From NCBI GenBank assembly GCA_963744145.1, contig CAVUSO010000001.1:5312001-5376000 (forward strand): a DNA stretch of 64,000 bases, given 5' to 3'. This DNA is from an uncultured cyanobacterium. GTDB taxonomy: Bacteria; Cyanobacteriota; Cyanobacteriia; Cyanobacteriales; CAWUOF01. The translations under genes were made by a program, and so were the position numbers. Under the pieces are notes generated by a model. That model had not been told where the DNA came from. It saw only the letters and a program-made list of their open reading frames with translations, and did no database searches. Shown here one piece after another: positions 41,346 through 54,200 of this stretch. How positions within the stretch are numbered: position 1 is the first letter of the stretch; each line of letters starts with the position of its first letter.

Positions 41346-44264
41346 CTAACTTGATAAATGTGGTGAGAGTAAATTTAAAATTTCTTGATCATCAAAGGTT
41401 TCCGCTAAAGCTAAAATCCTCTGGGCAAAAGGAGTGTATTGAGGTTCCATCTGTTGTAACTGTTGAGTAACAGTTTCGATCGCGGTAATATCACCGATTT
41501 TGGCAGCAGCATAAATCGGAGCTAGTTTTTCGGCATGAGGGATGATTAAATCTTGATCTAATGTCGATTCTGTGGTTAATAGTTGTACATCGGATGATTC
41601 ATAGAGCCATTCTAATTTTAGGTAGGTTTGCAGATAGATAAATAGTTTTTCAATTTCAATTGGTTTGGGAAGAAAGTCATTACAACCAGCTCCGATACTA
41701 CTAATTTGGTATTCGGCTAACACACTAGCACTTGAAGCAATAATCACCACTTGCTTACCCTCCGGTAATTGACGAACCCGACGGGTAAATTCAAACCCAT
41801 CTAGAATGGGCATCACTAGATCTGTAATTACTAAATCTGGCTGAAATTGTGATACTAAAGCTAATGCTTCTTCTCCATTAGTAGCACAGATACATCGAAA
41901 ACCCAGCGGTTCCAGAATCTCGATCACAATGGAACGGTTAACTTCTTTATCATCCGCAATTAGAACGGTACGTTGTTTCCCTTGGTAACCAATAATTTTA
42001 CCTGGTTTTTCTGGGCTAACTACACTGGTCAATTGGGTGGCGATCGCTAAGTCTAAATCAAACCAAAAGTTACTTCCCTTACCAGGAATACTACGAACTT
42101 GGATAGTGCTACCCATTAAGTTAATGATTTTTTGACTAATCGCAAGTCCTAAACCTGTTCCTTCTGCACGATGGGATTTTGTTCCTACTTGTTCAAAAGG
42201 TAAGAAAATTTTTTCTAACTGTTCAGAAGTCATTCCTGCTCCTGTATCTTGAATAGAAAAGCGAATTTTTACATGGGAATCGAATGATTGATTGTCCGAT
42301 ATATTTAAATTTGACTCTAAACATAATACTTCTAGGGTTACACTCCCAACATCGGTAAATTTAATCGCATTTCCGAGGAGATTAATTAGCACTTGACGAA
42401 GGCGCTTATCGTCGCTATAAATAGTATTGGGGAGATTACCGCTAGGATGGTAAAATAATTCTATTCCTTTTTGTTGAGCCTTAATCCGTAATAGTTCGGT
42501 GATATTATTGAGAAAATAGGGGAGATGGAAATCTTGACAATCAAGCTCCATTTTTTGAGCCTCTATTTTGGAAAGATCAAGGATATCATTAATTAAATCT
42601 AACAGATGAGAAGCACATTGGTGAATGACATTAAGACTATTTTTATGTTTGTTTAAATCCTGGGAACGGTGCATGATTTGGGTATAACCAAGAATGCCAT
42701 TTAAAGGAGTTCTTAATTCGTGACTCATATTAGCTAAAAATTCACTTTTAGCTAAACTGGCGATTTCTGCTACTTCCTTAGCTTTATATAGCTCTTCCTC
42801 GGCTTTTTTACGTTTAGTAATATCCTCAATTGTCCCTTCATAGTATAGGACATTACCCCGATGGTCATAGATCGCTTGGACGGTTTCTGAAATCCAAATT
42901 ATCCTACCATCTTGACGGTAGACTTGGGCTTCAAATTCCAAGGCACTACTATGATAGTGAATTTGTTTTAGGAATTGTTTACGATTTTGCCGATCCACAT
43001 AAAGCTGTTCACTAATATTGGTAACTTTCTGGATCATCTCCACAGGTGATTCATACCCATAGATCCTTGCTAAGGCGGGGTTGACACTAATATAACGCTC
43101 GCTCTCATCAAATTGAAAAATCCCATTAATAGCATTTTCAAAAATACTACGATATTTTTTTTCTGCTTCATTTAAAGCTTGTTCAAATTGATGTCTTTTG
43201 CGGAGATTTTTTAGAAAAACTAGCAGCACATACACAACCGTCATGATCACAAATATAGTGAATATTTGTACAGTATAATTTTTATCTTTGAATTCATTAA
43301 TTCTTTTTTGTAGTAAAATATGTAATCTCGGTAAGATGGCGTCATAAAGATTTATTTGTGCCCGGAGGGATTGCTGTCCTACATTTATATATTCTGGCAA
43401 ATTGGTTTGATTATTGTTATTTTTGATAAAATAATCATAGATCAGATTAGCAAAGTTATTTGTAGCACGAATACTAACTTCCGTAGTGAATTTTAGTTGG
43501 GAATCATAGTTTTTTATATTACTAGAAATAGCTTCAATATTATGTTCAATTAATTCATTATTAGATTTGATCGAGCCATATAAAGCATTTAAGTCTTTTT
43601 CTTCTAGATTTAGATTATTGCTAAGATCATATTTTAAAATATTGTTTCCTAAATATAAAGAGCGACTAATACTTTCTATTATTACTGGTAAATAGCTAAT
43701 CGAGACATTGATCAAATGATAGCTCTCCAGGGTAGGATCAAGAATTAAATTAGTATCATCTCCCACTTGAGCAATTAACAGCAAAACTTCCATAATTATA
43801 TCTGTATATGCAGATAAATCGTGATTTTGAGAAAATTTTAAATTAAGGAAATTGCTTTTTAAAACCTGCCATTTTTGGTTTAATTCAATTTTAATCGATC
43901 GCCATTTATTACTAGTTAAATCAAAGGCTTTATTCAATTTTATTTCCGCAATGGTCAATTTTTGAAGATTTTGGTCTATTTTAGTTTGAAGTAAATTTAT
44001 ATCTCCAGATAAACTGTTATTATTAGGCTCGAATAAATATTGATTTACTTCACTACGATATTCAACCAGATTTTCTAAAACATCTTTCAGTAGATAATTA
44101 TATTCAATTCCTAATTTTTCTTTTTCAATAAAATCTTTTCCTAAATTAATTTCATAAGTTAGCTGATTAATAACTACTATAAAAGCAACTACAAAAATTA
44201 TTAAAATAATTATTAAATTAATTGATTCTGTTTTAATAAGTCGATTAAAAAAATTAATTTTCAT
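41346..44264 (-). CDS. Hybrid sensor histidine kinase (2 TM + extracytoplasmic domain-PAS-HisKA-HATPase-REC)
   Basis: [37 protein letters not shown]. Confidence 0.93.
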   Translation of the reverse strand: MKINFFNRLIKTESINLIIILIIFVVAFIVVINQLTYEINLGKDFIEKEKLGIEYNYLLKDVLENLVEYRSEVNQYLFEPNNNSLSGDINLLQTKIDQNLQKLTIAEIKLNKAFDLTSNKWRSIKIELNQKWQVLKSNFLNLKFSQNHDLSAYTDIIMEVLLLIAQVGDDTNLILDPTLESYHLINVSISYLPVIIESISRSLYLGNNILKYDLSNNLNLEEKDLNALYGSIKSNNELIEHNIEAISSNIKNYDSQLKFTTEVSIRATNNFANLIYDYFIKNNNNQTNLPEYINVGQQSLRAQINLYDAILPRLHILLQKRINEFKDKNYTVQIFTIFVIMTVVYVLLVFLKNLRKRHQFEQALNEAEKKYRSIFENAINGIFQFDESERYISVNPALARIYGYESPVEMIQKVTNISEQLYVDRQNRKQFLKQIHYHSSALEFEAQVYRQDGRIIWISETVQAIYDHRGNVLYYEGTIEDITKRKKAEEELYKAKEVAEIASLAKSEFLANMSHELRTPLNGILGYTQIMHRSQDLNKHKNSLNVIHQCASHLLDLINDILDLSKIEAQKMELDCQDFHLPYFLNNITELLRIKAQQKGIELFYHPSGNLPNTIYSDDKRLRQVLINLLGNAIKFTDVGSVTLEVLCLESNLNISDNQSFDSHVKIRFSIQDTGAGMTSEQLEKIFLPFEQVGTKSHRAEGTGLGLAISQKIINLMGSTIQVRSIPGKGSNFWFDLDLAIATQLTSVVSPEKPGKIIGYQGKQRTVLIADDKEVNRSIVIEILEPLGFRCICATNGEEALALVSQFQPDLVITDLVMPILDGFEFTRRVRQLPEGKQVVIIASSASVLAEYQISSIGAGCNDFLPKPIEIEKLFIYLQTYLKLEWLYESSDVQLLTTESTLDQDLIIPHAEKLAPIYAAAKIGDITAIETVTQQLQQMEPQYTPFAQRILALAETFDDQEILNLLSPHLSS

Positions 44265-44486
44265 ATACCTGCGTAACTGTTTCTGCTCAGAGAAAAATGA
44301 ATTGATGACATGGTTTAATTAATCTATTTGCCAGAATAGCTAAAATTTCTATGTCTATCCCAGACATCATAATCAGATTTTTCTAAAAATTTATGTATTC
44401 TATTTAACAGTTTTTAGTAAAAAAATATAATTTTTGTACTTTAACATTTTTACCGCTCCATCAGGTTAAGCTAAATTTAAAGTTTT

Positions 44487-47400
44487 TTAGCTTGATAAAT
44501 GGGATGTGACTAAATTCAAAATTTCATGATCATCAAAAGCTTCAGCTAAAGCGAGAATTCTCTTCACAAATGGAGTATATTTAGGTTCCATCTGTTGTAA
44601 CTGTTTAGCAGCAATTTCGATCGCAGTAATATCACCAATTTTGGCAGCAGCATAAATAGGATCAAGTTCCTCAGCAGAGGGAATTATATAAGGTTGATCT
44701 GGGTCAGATTCAGTGAGAGATGCTTGTAAGTCTGACGATTCATAGAGCCATTCTATTTTTAGATATTTTTGCAGATACATAAATAGTTTTTCAATTTCAA
44801 TTGGTTTAGTTAGAAAGTCATTACAACCAGCTTCAATACTACTAAGTTGGTCTTCAGCTAAAACACTAGCACTTGACGCAATAATTATCACTTGGTTTCC
44901 CTCCGGTAATTGACGAACCCGACGGGTAAATTCAAACCCATCTAAAATGGGCATCACTAAATCTGTAATCACTAAATCTGGTTGAAATTGTGATACTAAA
45001 GCTAATGCTTCTTCTCCATTAGTCGCGGTAATACATGAAAAACCTAGCGGTGTCAGAATATCGATAATAATAGCACGGTTAACTTCTTTATCATCCGCAA
45101 TCAAGATAGTATGCTGTTTACCTTTATAACCAATAATTTGACCTTGTTTTTCTTGGGTAACGGAACTAGTCCATTGGGTGGCGATCGCTAATTCTAAATC
45201 AAACCAAAAGGTACTACCAGCACCAATCACACTATCGACTTGAATCTGGCTACCCATTATATTGATGATCTGTTGACTAATTGCTAGTCCCAGTCCTGTT
45301 CCTTCCGCACGACGGGCAGTATTTCCTACTTGTTCAAAGGGTTTAAATAGTTTATGAATTTGTTCTGGGCTAATCCCCACTCCTGTATCTTGGATGGCAA
45401 AACGTACTTTAACTGAAGTAGGTATTGATATATTTGGAGATGCTAAGTCTAAAACAATTACTTGAAAAGTAACCTGACCAACATCTGTAAACTTAATGGC
45501 ATTTCCTAATAGATTTAGCAGCACTTGACGTAACCGTTTATCATCGACCTGAACTGCTTGAGGAAGACTTGGATCAAATTGATAAATTAAATTAATTCCT
45601 TTTTGTTCTGCCCGAATTCGCGATAATTCTGTAATATTACTGAGAAAATAGAGAAAATGGATATCTTTCTGATATAGTTCCATTTTCCTGGCTTCAATTT
45701 TCGACAGGTCAAGAATATCATTAATTAAATCCAACAGATGACTACCGCATTGATAGACAATATTCACATTATGTTTATGGGAATTTAAGTCCACTGCCCG
45801 TTGCATAATTTGGGCATAACCGAGAATTCCATTCAGGGGAGTTCTTAATTCGTGACTCATCGCAGCAAGAAATTCACTTTTAGCTTGGTTCGCTACTTCA
45901 GCAGCAATTTTTGCCTGTTCTAGATGAGCTTCTAATTGTTTCCGTTCCGTAATATCCCGGAGAATCACAATATATTGCTGAAAATGCTCTCGTTTTCGTT
46001 GGGAAATGGTAGCTTCAATAATTGGTTGATGATCAAGCTGAGAGTGTCGGAGTTTTAAAATTTGTTCACTTCGTCCAGGAAATTCGGCTGGTTGAGCTGG
46101 TAAATTGGGGAAAAATTCATTGAGATGATAACCAATTAGTTGGGGTGATGGTCGTTTAAATAGATCAGTTGCTGCTAAATTGATTTGATTGATAATTCCT
46201 TCTTCATCTAGCACTAAAACTGTATCTAAAACTGTATCTAAAGCAGTAATAAAAAGATTTTCGGCTTGTTCTTTAGCTGCGGCGATCGCGGTCACTTGTG
46301 GTAAACTGGTCCAACAGGCGATCGCGACACTAATAAAGGCAATACTTAATAGTAACACGACCAAGATATTAGCATTAATCAGATTAGAAACTTGATCAAC
46401 ATTAGCTCTAATAAACCACCCAATGGTAGTTGCTCCACATACTAACAGCAGCAAAATAATAATTTGATATTCGACAAAATAGTCAGGCTGATCTGATGTC
46501 TGATTTTTCTTGAATTTTAACCACCAACGGGGCTGACAAACAGCAAAAGGTAATCTTCTGATAATTTGATCGGCAGTAAGAATAAAAATAGGACATAAAA
46601 TTCCCAAAACAAAATTTTGTTTATTCCATGCTGATGCGGTGATTAATAGAACAAAAATTTCCCCAATAAAAATACCGCCAGAAATCCAGGGCCAACGCAC
46701 TTCTTCTCGATTTCTATTGAGCCAAAGTCCGAGACGAAAGATCATAATAGTTACTAAATAGCTCGTCCCAGTGACAATAACTATTTGATCGACATTTCCC
46801 CAAATTAAACAAATAATACTTAAAGTAAAACTCAAAATAATGGCAGGTTGCAAAACTCCTTGATTAGAAACTACCCTAAACACGGTCGATAGATTTCCAT
46901 CTAAAGCCATCTGATAAAATACCCGGGGGGTATTAGAAACTGCGGTGGCAGAAATTAATAAACATCCAGAGGCAATCAAAAAAGTTATTAAAATGGCAGC
47001 ATAAGGTCCCCAGAAATGATTAGCACTTGCTAGTAATTGGGCAAAACTACCATCTGAGGTTTGAATGCTTAAACGACTAATCACCCAAGAACCACCAACA
47101 AATATGGGGATAATAAACCAGGTTACAAATTTTAAACAGCGTAAAGTAAAATCAGGGTAACGGCTATCTGCGACAAAGGAAGAAGCAGTATCAAACGCAT
47201 ACATGGCATAAGAAGCAAAAAAATACCATTTAGCCCAAATTGGCAAACTGATCCCAGAGAAGTTGGTCGGGAAAAATCCAGGACTATCATGAGCAAAAGC
47301 TAACCAACCTAATCCTTGGAGACAAAAGGTCAATAGAAAACCTAAAGCTGGTAGAATAAAACATAAATGCAAAATCGCTAAAGATCTCGTACCGCTAAAA

Positions 47401-47834
47401 GCAACTATATAGGGTAATACAGTAAATAAGACTTTTAGTGGTAGTTCTGGAGGATGTATTCCTAAAGGAGATAAATTAGCAGTAATTAGATCCGTGAGAA
47501 CGATCGCATTTAAAGTTGGTACTGCTGACCAACTAAAAGCATAGCCGATCGCTGCATAACGAGCTAACCAGGGATATTTACTTAATAAACGAGTGAGATA
47601 AATTGGTGTTCCACCGGATAAATCAGGCCATTTTTCTCCTAAACGTTTGACCTGGAGGTTAAACATAATGGCTATAATAGTTCCAGGTAGCAGCACTAAA
47701 ATAGCACTTTCTTTTAGGGCTGTATTCAAGTCTGGTGCAATATATAACCAGCCAATGAAATTGCTTAAACTAAAACCTAATGCTTCTATCGGACTCAGGA
47801 CTCGGGGCAGTCGTCTTTGTAGTTGATCAAGCAT
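44487..47834 (-). CDS. APC-family permease-PAS-hybrid histidine kinase fusion, copy 1
   Basis: ~520-aa polytopic N-terminus with GGTPIY, DTASSFVADSR.P, PRVFYQMALDG; then PAS, SHELRTP, HATPase, REC. Confidence 0.9.
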   Translation of the reverse strand: MLDQLQRRLPRVLSPIEALGFSLSNFIGWLYIAPDLNTALKESAILVLLPGTIIAIMFNLQVKRLGEKWPDLSGGTPIYLTRLLSKYPWLARYAAIGYAFSWSAVPTLNAIVLTDLITANLSPLGIHPPELPLKVLFTVLPYIVAFSGTRSLAILHLCFILPALGFLLTFCLQGLGWLAFAHDSPGFFPTNFSGISLPIWAKWYFFASYAMYAFDTASSFVADSRYPDFTLRCLKFVTWFIIPIFVGGSWVISRLSIQTSDGSFAQLLASANHFWGPYAAILITFLIASGCLLISATAVSNTPRVFYQMALDGNLSTVFRVVSNQGVLQPAIILSFTLSIICLIWGNVDQIVIVTGTSYLVTIMIFRLGLWLNRNREEVRWPWISGGIFIGEIFVLLITASAWNKQNFVLGILCPIFILTADQIIRRLPFAVCQPRWWLKFKKNQTSDQPDYFVEYQIIILLLLVCGATTIGWFIRANVDQVSNLINANILVVLLLSIAFISVAIACWTSLPQVTAIAAAKEQAENLFITALDTVLDTVLVLDEEGIINQINLAATDLFKRPSPQLIGYHLNEFFPNLPAQPAEFPGRSEQILKLRHSQLDHQPIIEATISQRKREHFQQYIVILRDITERKQLEAHLEQAKIAAEVANQAKSEFLAAMSHELRTPLNGILGYAQIMQRAVDLNSHKHNVNIVYQCGSHLLDLINDILDLSKIEARKMELYQKDIHFLYFLSNITELSRIRAEQKGINLIYQFDPSLPQAVQVDDKRLRQVLLNLLGNAIKFTDVGQVTFQVIVLDLASPNISIPTSVKVRFAIQDTGVGISPEQIHKLFKPFEQVGNTARRAEGTGLGLAISQQIINIMGSQIQVDSVIGAGSTFWFDLELAIATQWTSSVTQEKQGQIIGYKGKQHTILIADDKEVNRAIIIDILTPLGFSCITATNGEEALALVSQFQPDLVITDLVMPILDGFEFTRRVRQLPEGNQVIIIASSASVLAEDQLSSIEAGCNDFLTKPIEIEKLFMYLQKYLKIEWLYESSDLQASLTESDPDQPYIIPSAEELDPIYAAAKIGDITAIEIAAKQLQQMEPKYTPFVKRILALAEAFDDHEILNLVTSHLSS

Positions 47835-47850
47835 ATAATTATTAATTGTT

Positions 47851-50800
47851 CTAAATTGATAGATGGGAGGTAACTAAATTCAAAATTTCCCTGTCTTCAA
47901 AAGCTTCAGCTAAAGCCAGAATTTTTTTGACAAAGGGAGTATATTTAGGTTCCATCTGTTGTAATTGTTTAGCGGCAATTTCGATCGCGCTAATATCACC
48001 GATTTTCGCTGCATCATAAATGGCAGTGAGTTCCTCTGCACTAGGTATTATATCAGGTTGATCTTGAGGAAATTCTGTGGTTAATAATTGCACATTAGAT
48101 GATTCATATAACCATTCTAGTTTTAGATATTTTTGCAGATACATAAATAGTTTTTCGATTTCAATTGGTTTAGTTAGAAAGTCATTACAACCAGCTTCGA
48201 TACTACTAATTTGGTCTTCAGCTAAAACACTAGCACTTGACGCAATAATTATCACTTGGTTTCCCTCCGGTAATTGACGAACCCGACGAGTAAATTCAAA
48301 CCCATCCAGAATGGGCATCACTAAATCAGTAATCACTAAATCAGGCTGAATTTGTGATACTAAAGCTAATGCTTCTTCTCCATTAGTCGCAGTAATACAT
48401 GAAAAACCTAGCGGTGTCAGAATATCGATCACAATGGAACGGTTAACTTCTTTATCATCCGCAATCAAGATAGTACGCTGTTTACCTTTATAACCAATAA
48501 TTTGACCTTGTTTTTCTTGGGTAACGGAACTGGTCCATTGGGTGGCGATCGCTAGTTCTAAATCAAACCAAAAGGTACTACCAACACCGATCACACTATC
48601 TATTTGAATCTGACTACCCATCATATTGATGATCTGTTGACTAATTGCTAGTCCCAGTCCTGTTCCTTCCGCACGACGGGCTGCATTTCCTACTTGTTCA
48701 AAGGGTTTAAATAGTTTATGAATTTGTTCTGGACTAATTCCCACTCCTGTATCTTGGATGGCAAAACGGATTTTTGTAGTGGTTGCAGTTACTGGACTTA
48801 TCAACTCTGAATCTAGCACTATTACTCGAAAAGTAACACTACCAACATCAGTAAACTTAATCGCATTTCCTAATAGATTCAGTAGCACTTGACGTAACCT
48901 TTTGTCATCTACTTTAACCGCTTGAGGAAGACGCGGATCAAATTGATAAACTAAATTAATTCCTTTTTGTTCTGCCCGAATTCGCGATAATTCGGTAATA
49001 TTACTGAGAAAATAGAGCAAATGGATATCCTTCCGATACAGTTCCATTTTCCTAGCTTCAATTTTCGACAGGTCAAGAATATCATTAATTAAATCTAGCA
49101 AATGACTACCACATTGATAAATAACATTCACATTCTGCTTATGGGAATTTAAGTCCACTGCTCGTTGCATAATTTGGGCATAACCGAGAATTCCATTCAG
49201 GGGAGTTCTTAATTCATGACTCATGGAAGCGAGAAATTCACTTTTAGCTTGGTTCGCTACTTCAGCAGCAATTTTTGCTTGTTCTAGATGAGCTTCTAAT
49301 TGTTTCCGTTCCGTAATATCCCGGAGAATCACAATATATTGCTGAAAATGATCTCTTTTGCGTTCGGAAATTGTTGCTTCAATAATTGGTTGCTGATAAA
49401 TCTGGGAGTGTCGGAGTTTTAAGATTTGTTCACTCCGAGTCGGAAATTCGGCTGGTTGGGCTGGTAAATTGGGGAAAAATTCGTTGAGATGATAGCCAAT
49501 CAGTTGGAGCGATGGTAGTTTAAATAGGTCGGTTGCGGCTAAATTGATTTGACTGATAATTCCTTCTTCATCTAGCACTAAAACTGTATCTAAAACTGTA
49601 TCTAAAGCAGTAATAAAAAGATTTTCGGCTTGTTCTTTAGCTTCAGCGATCGCTGTTACTTGTGGTAAACTTGTCCAACAGGCGATCGCGACACTAATAA
49701 AAGCAATACTTAAAACTAATACCACCAAAATATTAGCATTAACTATCCCAGAAGCATGATCTATTTTGGCCCGGAGAACCCAACCAATTGTAGTGGCACT
49801 AACTACTAAAAAGAGGAGAATGATAATTTGATATTCAACAAAATGTTTAGGCTGGTTAACAGTCTGACTTTTCCGATGCTTCAACCACCAACTGGGATGA
49901 CAAATCGCTAAAGGCAAATTACGGATCATTAAATCTGCGATTAAAATAAAAATTGGCAAAAGGAGTCCGATCGCAAAATTATATCGATCCCAAGCTGTTC
50001 CTCCAACGATCAGAATCATAAATTCAACTATACCAACCACCCCAGAAATCCAGGGCCAACGCACCTCCGGTCTATTTCTACTCAGCCATAATCCGATATG
50101 GAATACTATAATTGTGACGACATAGCTAGTTCCAGTTACCATCACAATTTGAGTAGTATCTCCCCAAATTAAGCAAATAATACTCAGTAAAAAACTCAAC
50201 AAAATAGCTGGTTGTAAAACACCTTGCCGAGAAACTACTCCAAATACGGGAGATATATGTCCATCTAGAGCCATTTGATAAAATATCCGAGGACAGTTAC
50301 AAACAGCAGTTGCTGCAATTAGTAAACATCCAGATGCCATCAGAAAGGTAACTAAAATTGCCGCAGGCGGTCCCCAAAAATGATTAGCAGTTGCAACTAA
50401 CTGTAAAAAATCATTATCTGATCGATCCAGCGATAAACGACCAATTAGCCAAGAACCACCCACGAATATGGGGATAATGAACCAAGCTGTGAATTTTAAA
50501 CAACGTAAAGTAAAATCAGGATTACGACTATCTGCGACAAAGGAAGAAGCTGTGTCGAAACTATAAATAGCATAGACTGCAAAAAAATACCATTTTGCCC
50601 ACAGTGGTAAATCGATCGCGGGCACACTGGTAGGTAAAAATCCCGGACTATCACTAGCCAAAGTTAACCATCCTAAACCTTGCACACAAAATGTTAATAA
50701 AAACCCTAATGCAGGTAAGACAAAACATAAGTGTAAGATGGCTAAAGTTCTGGTGCCACTAAAGGCAACTATATAAGGTAATGCTGTAAATAAGATTTTT

Positions 50801-51201
50801 AGGAATGTGGCTGGAGTATGTATTCCTAAAGGCTCAAGATTGGCAGTAATTAAATCAGTGAGAATAATGGCATTTAGAGGTGGTACTGATACCCAGTCTA
50901 AGATATAGCCGATCGCTGCATAGCGTGCTAACCAAGGATATTGACTCAATAAACGAGTGATATAAATTGGTGTACCACCAGCTAAATCGGGCCAATGTTC
51001 TCCTAAGCGTTTAATCTGGAGGTTAAACATGATACCCATGATTGCTCCAGGTAACATGACGAAAATGGCATTTTCTTGGAGTGCCGTATTCAAATCTGGT
51101 GCAATATATAGCCATCCAATTAAACCACTGAGACTAAAACCTAATGCTTCTAAAGGACCAAGAATGCGGGGCAGACTTCTGGAAAATTGTTGATTTATCA
51201 T
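47851..51201 (-). CDS. APC-family permease-PAS-hybrid histidine kinase fusion, copy 2
   Basis: Same architecture as copy 1; catalytic motifs intact. Confidence 0.9.
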   Translation of the reverse strand: MINQQFSRSLPRILGPLEALGFSLSGLIGWLYIAPDLNTALQENAIFVMLPGAIMGIMFNLQIKRLGEHWPDLAGGTPIYITRLLSQYPWLARYAAIGYILDWVSVPPLNAIILTDLITANLEPLGIHTPATFLKILFTALPYIVAFSGTRTLAILHLCFVLPALGFLLTFCVQGLGWLTLASDSPGFLPTSVPAIDLPLWAKWYFFAVYAIYSFDTASSFVADSRNPDFTLRCLKFTAWFIIPIFVGGSWLIGRLSLDRSDNDFLQLVATANHFWGPPAAILVTFLMASGCLLIAATAVCNCPRIFYQMALDGHISPVFGVVSRQGVLQPAILLSFLLSIICLIWGDTTQIVMVTGTSYVVTIIVFHIGLWLSRNRPEVRWPWISGVVGIVEFMILIVGGTAWDRYNFAIGLLLPIFILIADLMIRNLPLAICHPSWWLKHRKSQTVNQPKHFVEYQIIILLFLVVSATTIGWVLRAKIDHASGIVNANILVVLVLSIAFISVAIACWTSLPQVTAIAEAKEQAENLFITALDTVLDTVLVLDEEGIISQINLAATDLFKLPSLQLIGYHLNEFFPNLPAQPAEFPTRSEQILKLRHSQIYQQPIIEATISERKRDHFQQYIVILRDITERKQLEAHLEQAKIAAEVANQAKSEFLASMSHELRTPLNGILGYAQIMQRAVDLNSHKQNVNVIYQCGSHLLDLINDILDLSKIEARKMELYRKDIHLLYFLSNITELSRIRAEQKGINLVYQFDPRLPQAVKVDDKRLRQVLLNLLGNAIKFTDVGSVTFRVIVLDSELISPVTATTTKIRFAIQDTGVGISPEQIHKLFKPFEQVGNAARRAEGTGLGLAISQQIINMMGSQIQIDSVIGVGSTFWFDLELAIATQWTSSVTQEKQGQIIGYKGKQRTILIADDKEVNRSIVIDILTPLGFSCITATNGEEALALVSQIQPDLVITDLVMPILDGFEFTRRVRQLPEGNQVIIIASSASVLAEDQISSIEAGCNDFLTKPIEIEKLFMYLQKYLKLEWLYESSNVQLLTTEFPQDQPDIIPSAEELTAIYDAAKIGDISAIEIAAKQLQQMEPKYTPFVKKILALAEAFEDREILNLVTSHLSI

Positions 51202-51219
51202 ATAATCATGAGTGCTTTA

Positions 51220-54200
51220 CTAAGTTGATAAATGAGCGGATACTAAATTCAAAATTTCCTTATCTTCAAAAGCTTCAGCTAGAGCGAGAATGCGATGCAC
51301 AAAGGGAGTATATTGAGGCTCAATCTGTTGTAAATGTTTAGCCGTACTTTCAATGGCTGCAATATCACCAATTTTAGCTGCTTCATAAATAGGGGCTAGT
51401 TCCTCCGCACTAGGAATGATATAAGGTTGATCTGGTTGGGATTCTGTCGTCAATAGTTGCACCGTTGCTGATTCATACAGCCATTCGATTTGGAGATATT
51501 TTTGCAGACTGAAAAATAGTTTTTCAATTTCCATCGGTTTGGGGAGAAAATCATTACAACCTGCTTCAATACTGCTAACTTGATCCTCGGCTAAGACACT
51601 GGCACTCGAAGCAATTATTACCACTTGATTCCCCTTCGGTAATTGACGGACTCGACGGGTAAACTCAAACCCATCCAGAATGGGCATCACTAAATCTGTA
51701 ATCACTAAATCAGGCTGAATTTGTGATACTAATGTTAATGCTTCTTCCCCATTAGTAGCTGGGATACACTTAAAACCCAGAGGTGCAAGAATATCGATCA
51801 CAATCGCGCGGTTGATTTCTTTATCATCAGCAATCAGAATGGTACGTTGTTTACCTTTGTAACCGATAATTTGTCCTTGCTTTTCCTGGGTAATTTGATT
51901 TGTCCATTGGGTGGCGATCGCTAGTTCTAAATCAAACCAAAAGGTACTACCAACACCAAGAATACTATCTACTTGAATTTGACTACCCATGAGATTAATC
52001 ATTCGTTGACTAATCGCAAGTCCCAGTCCTGTTCCTTCCCCACGACGGGATTTATTTCCTACTTGTTCAAAAGGTTGAAATAGTTTGTAAATTTGCTTAG
52101 AGCTAATCCCCACTCCTGTATCTTGAATAGAAAAGCGAATTTTAACTAGATGACTTTCTGATTCGGCGGTCGGTATTTTCAGTTCTGAGTCTAACATGAT
52201 CACCTGAAAAGTAACACTACCTTGATCAGTAAATTTAATTGCATTGCCCAGTAAATTAATTAGCACTTGACGCAGACGTTTTTCATCGGCTTTGATCACC
52301 TTGGGAAGGTTTGGACTTACTTGGTAATAAAAATTAATTCCCTTTTGTTCAGACCGAATCCGGAATATTTCGGTAATATTAGTCAGAAAATAAATTAAAT
52401 GAACATCTTTAAAATAAAGCTCCATTTTCCGGGCTTCTATTTTAGAAAGGTCAAGAATATCATTAATTAAATCTAGAAGATGGGTCCCACACTGATGAAT
52501 AATATTCACATTGTTTTTATGAGAATTTAAGTCCTTAGTACGTTGCATGATTTGGGTATAACCCAGAATTCCATTCAAGGGAGTTCTTAACTCATGACTC
52601 ATGGAAGCTAGAAATTCACTTTTAGCTTGATTTGCTGTTTCCGCTGTAACTTTTGCTTCTTGGAGACGTAATTCTAGTCTTTTGCGTTCTGTAATATCCC
52701 GCAGAATCACTATATATTGTTGAAGCTGAGTTTTTTTTCGTTGCGAAATTGTTGCTTCAATAATTTGTTGAGATGGGTTTCGCTTCAAACTACAATATAA
52801 CTGTGGATTTAAGGTTTGTTCACTCCGAGCCGGAAATGCTTCTGGTTGATTTGGTAAATCTGGAAAAAACCGATTGAGATGATAACCAATTAAATGTTCA
52901 GCATTGACTCCAAAAAGTTCAGTAGCTGCGAGATTAGTTTGTTCAATAATTCCATCAGTATCTAAAACTAAAACAGTATCTAAAACTGTATCGAGAGCAG
53001 TAACAAATAAATTTTCTGCTTGCTCTCTAGCTTCGGCGATCGCGGTCACTTGTGGTAAACTAGTCCAACAGGCGATCGCGACGCTAATAAAAGCTATACT
53101 CAGTAGCAAAACTACAAAAATATTGGCATTAACACTACTCGAAATTTTATCGATTGTAGCCCGCAGAAACCAGCCAATTGTGGTGGCGCTACAAACTAAT
53201 AACAGCAGAACAATGACCTGATACTCGACAAAACTGTTGAAACTACTAATTGCTCGATTTTTCTGAATTGTTAGCCACCAAGTCGGATGGCAGATGGCGA
53301 AAGGAAGATGTCGGATCACTGAATCTGCCATTAAAATAATCATGGGCAGGAAGAGTCCAATTATAAAATCTTGCCGATTCCATGCTAATCCACCTACTAC
53401 TAAAATTGCCAATTCAACTACACAAATTAATCCGGTAATTTGAGGCCAAAGAACTTCTGATCGATGTTTACCTAGCCATAGCCCTAGATGTAAGATCATG
53501 ATCGTTAATAGGTAGCTAGTACCTGTGATCATCACAATCTGAGTAACATTTCCCCAAATTAAACAGATTATACTTAAAGTAAAACTGGCCAGAATTGCCG
53601 GTTGCAGGACACCTTGACGAGAAACTACTGTTAATACGGGAGATAGGTGTTGATCGAGAGCTAGTTGATAAAAGATCCTGGGACAGTTAGACACCGCAGT
53701 TGCCGAAATTAGCAAGCATCCAGACGCCATCAGAAAAGTGACCAGAATTGGAGCTGAAGGTCCCCAAAAATATTGAGCTGTTGCTAAGAGATGGGCAAAA
53801 TCATTGTTTTCTAGGTTAGGGTTAGTAGCTAAACGACTCATTAACCAAGAACCGCCCACAAATATTGGTATAATTAACCAAGCCGTAAATTTTAAACAGC
53901 GTAAAGTAAAATCAGGACGACGACTATCTGCCACAAAAGATGAGGCTGTATCACAGGAATAAACGGAGTAGCTAGCAAAAAAATACCACTTTGCCCATTG
54001 TTCAAAAGTTAACTGTGGTAAATGAGTCGGAAAAAAATTCGGGCTATCAGTGGCAAAAGTTAACCATCCCAATCCTTGCACGCAAAATGTGAGTAAAAAG
54101 CCAATTGCAGGTAGGATAAAACATAAGTGTAAAATTGCTAAAGCGCGGGTGCCGCTAAAAGCAACAATATAAGGTATTACTGTAAAGATAATTTCTAGGA

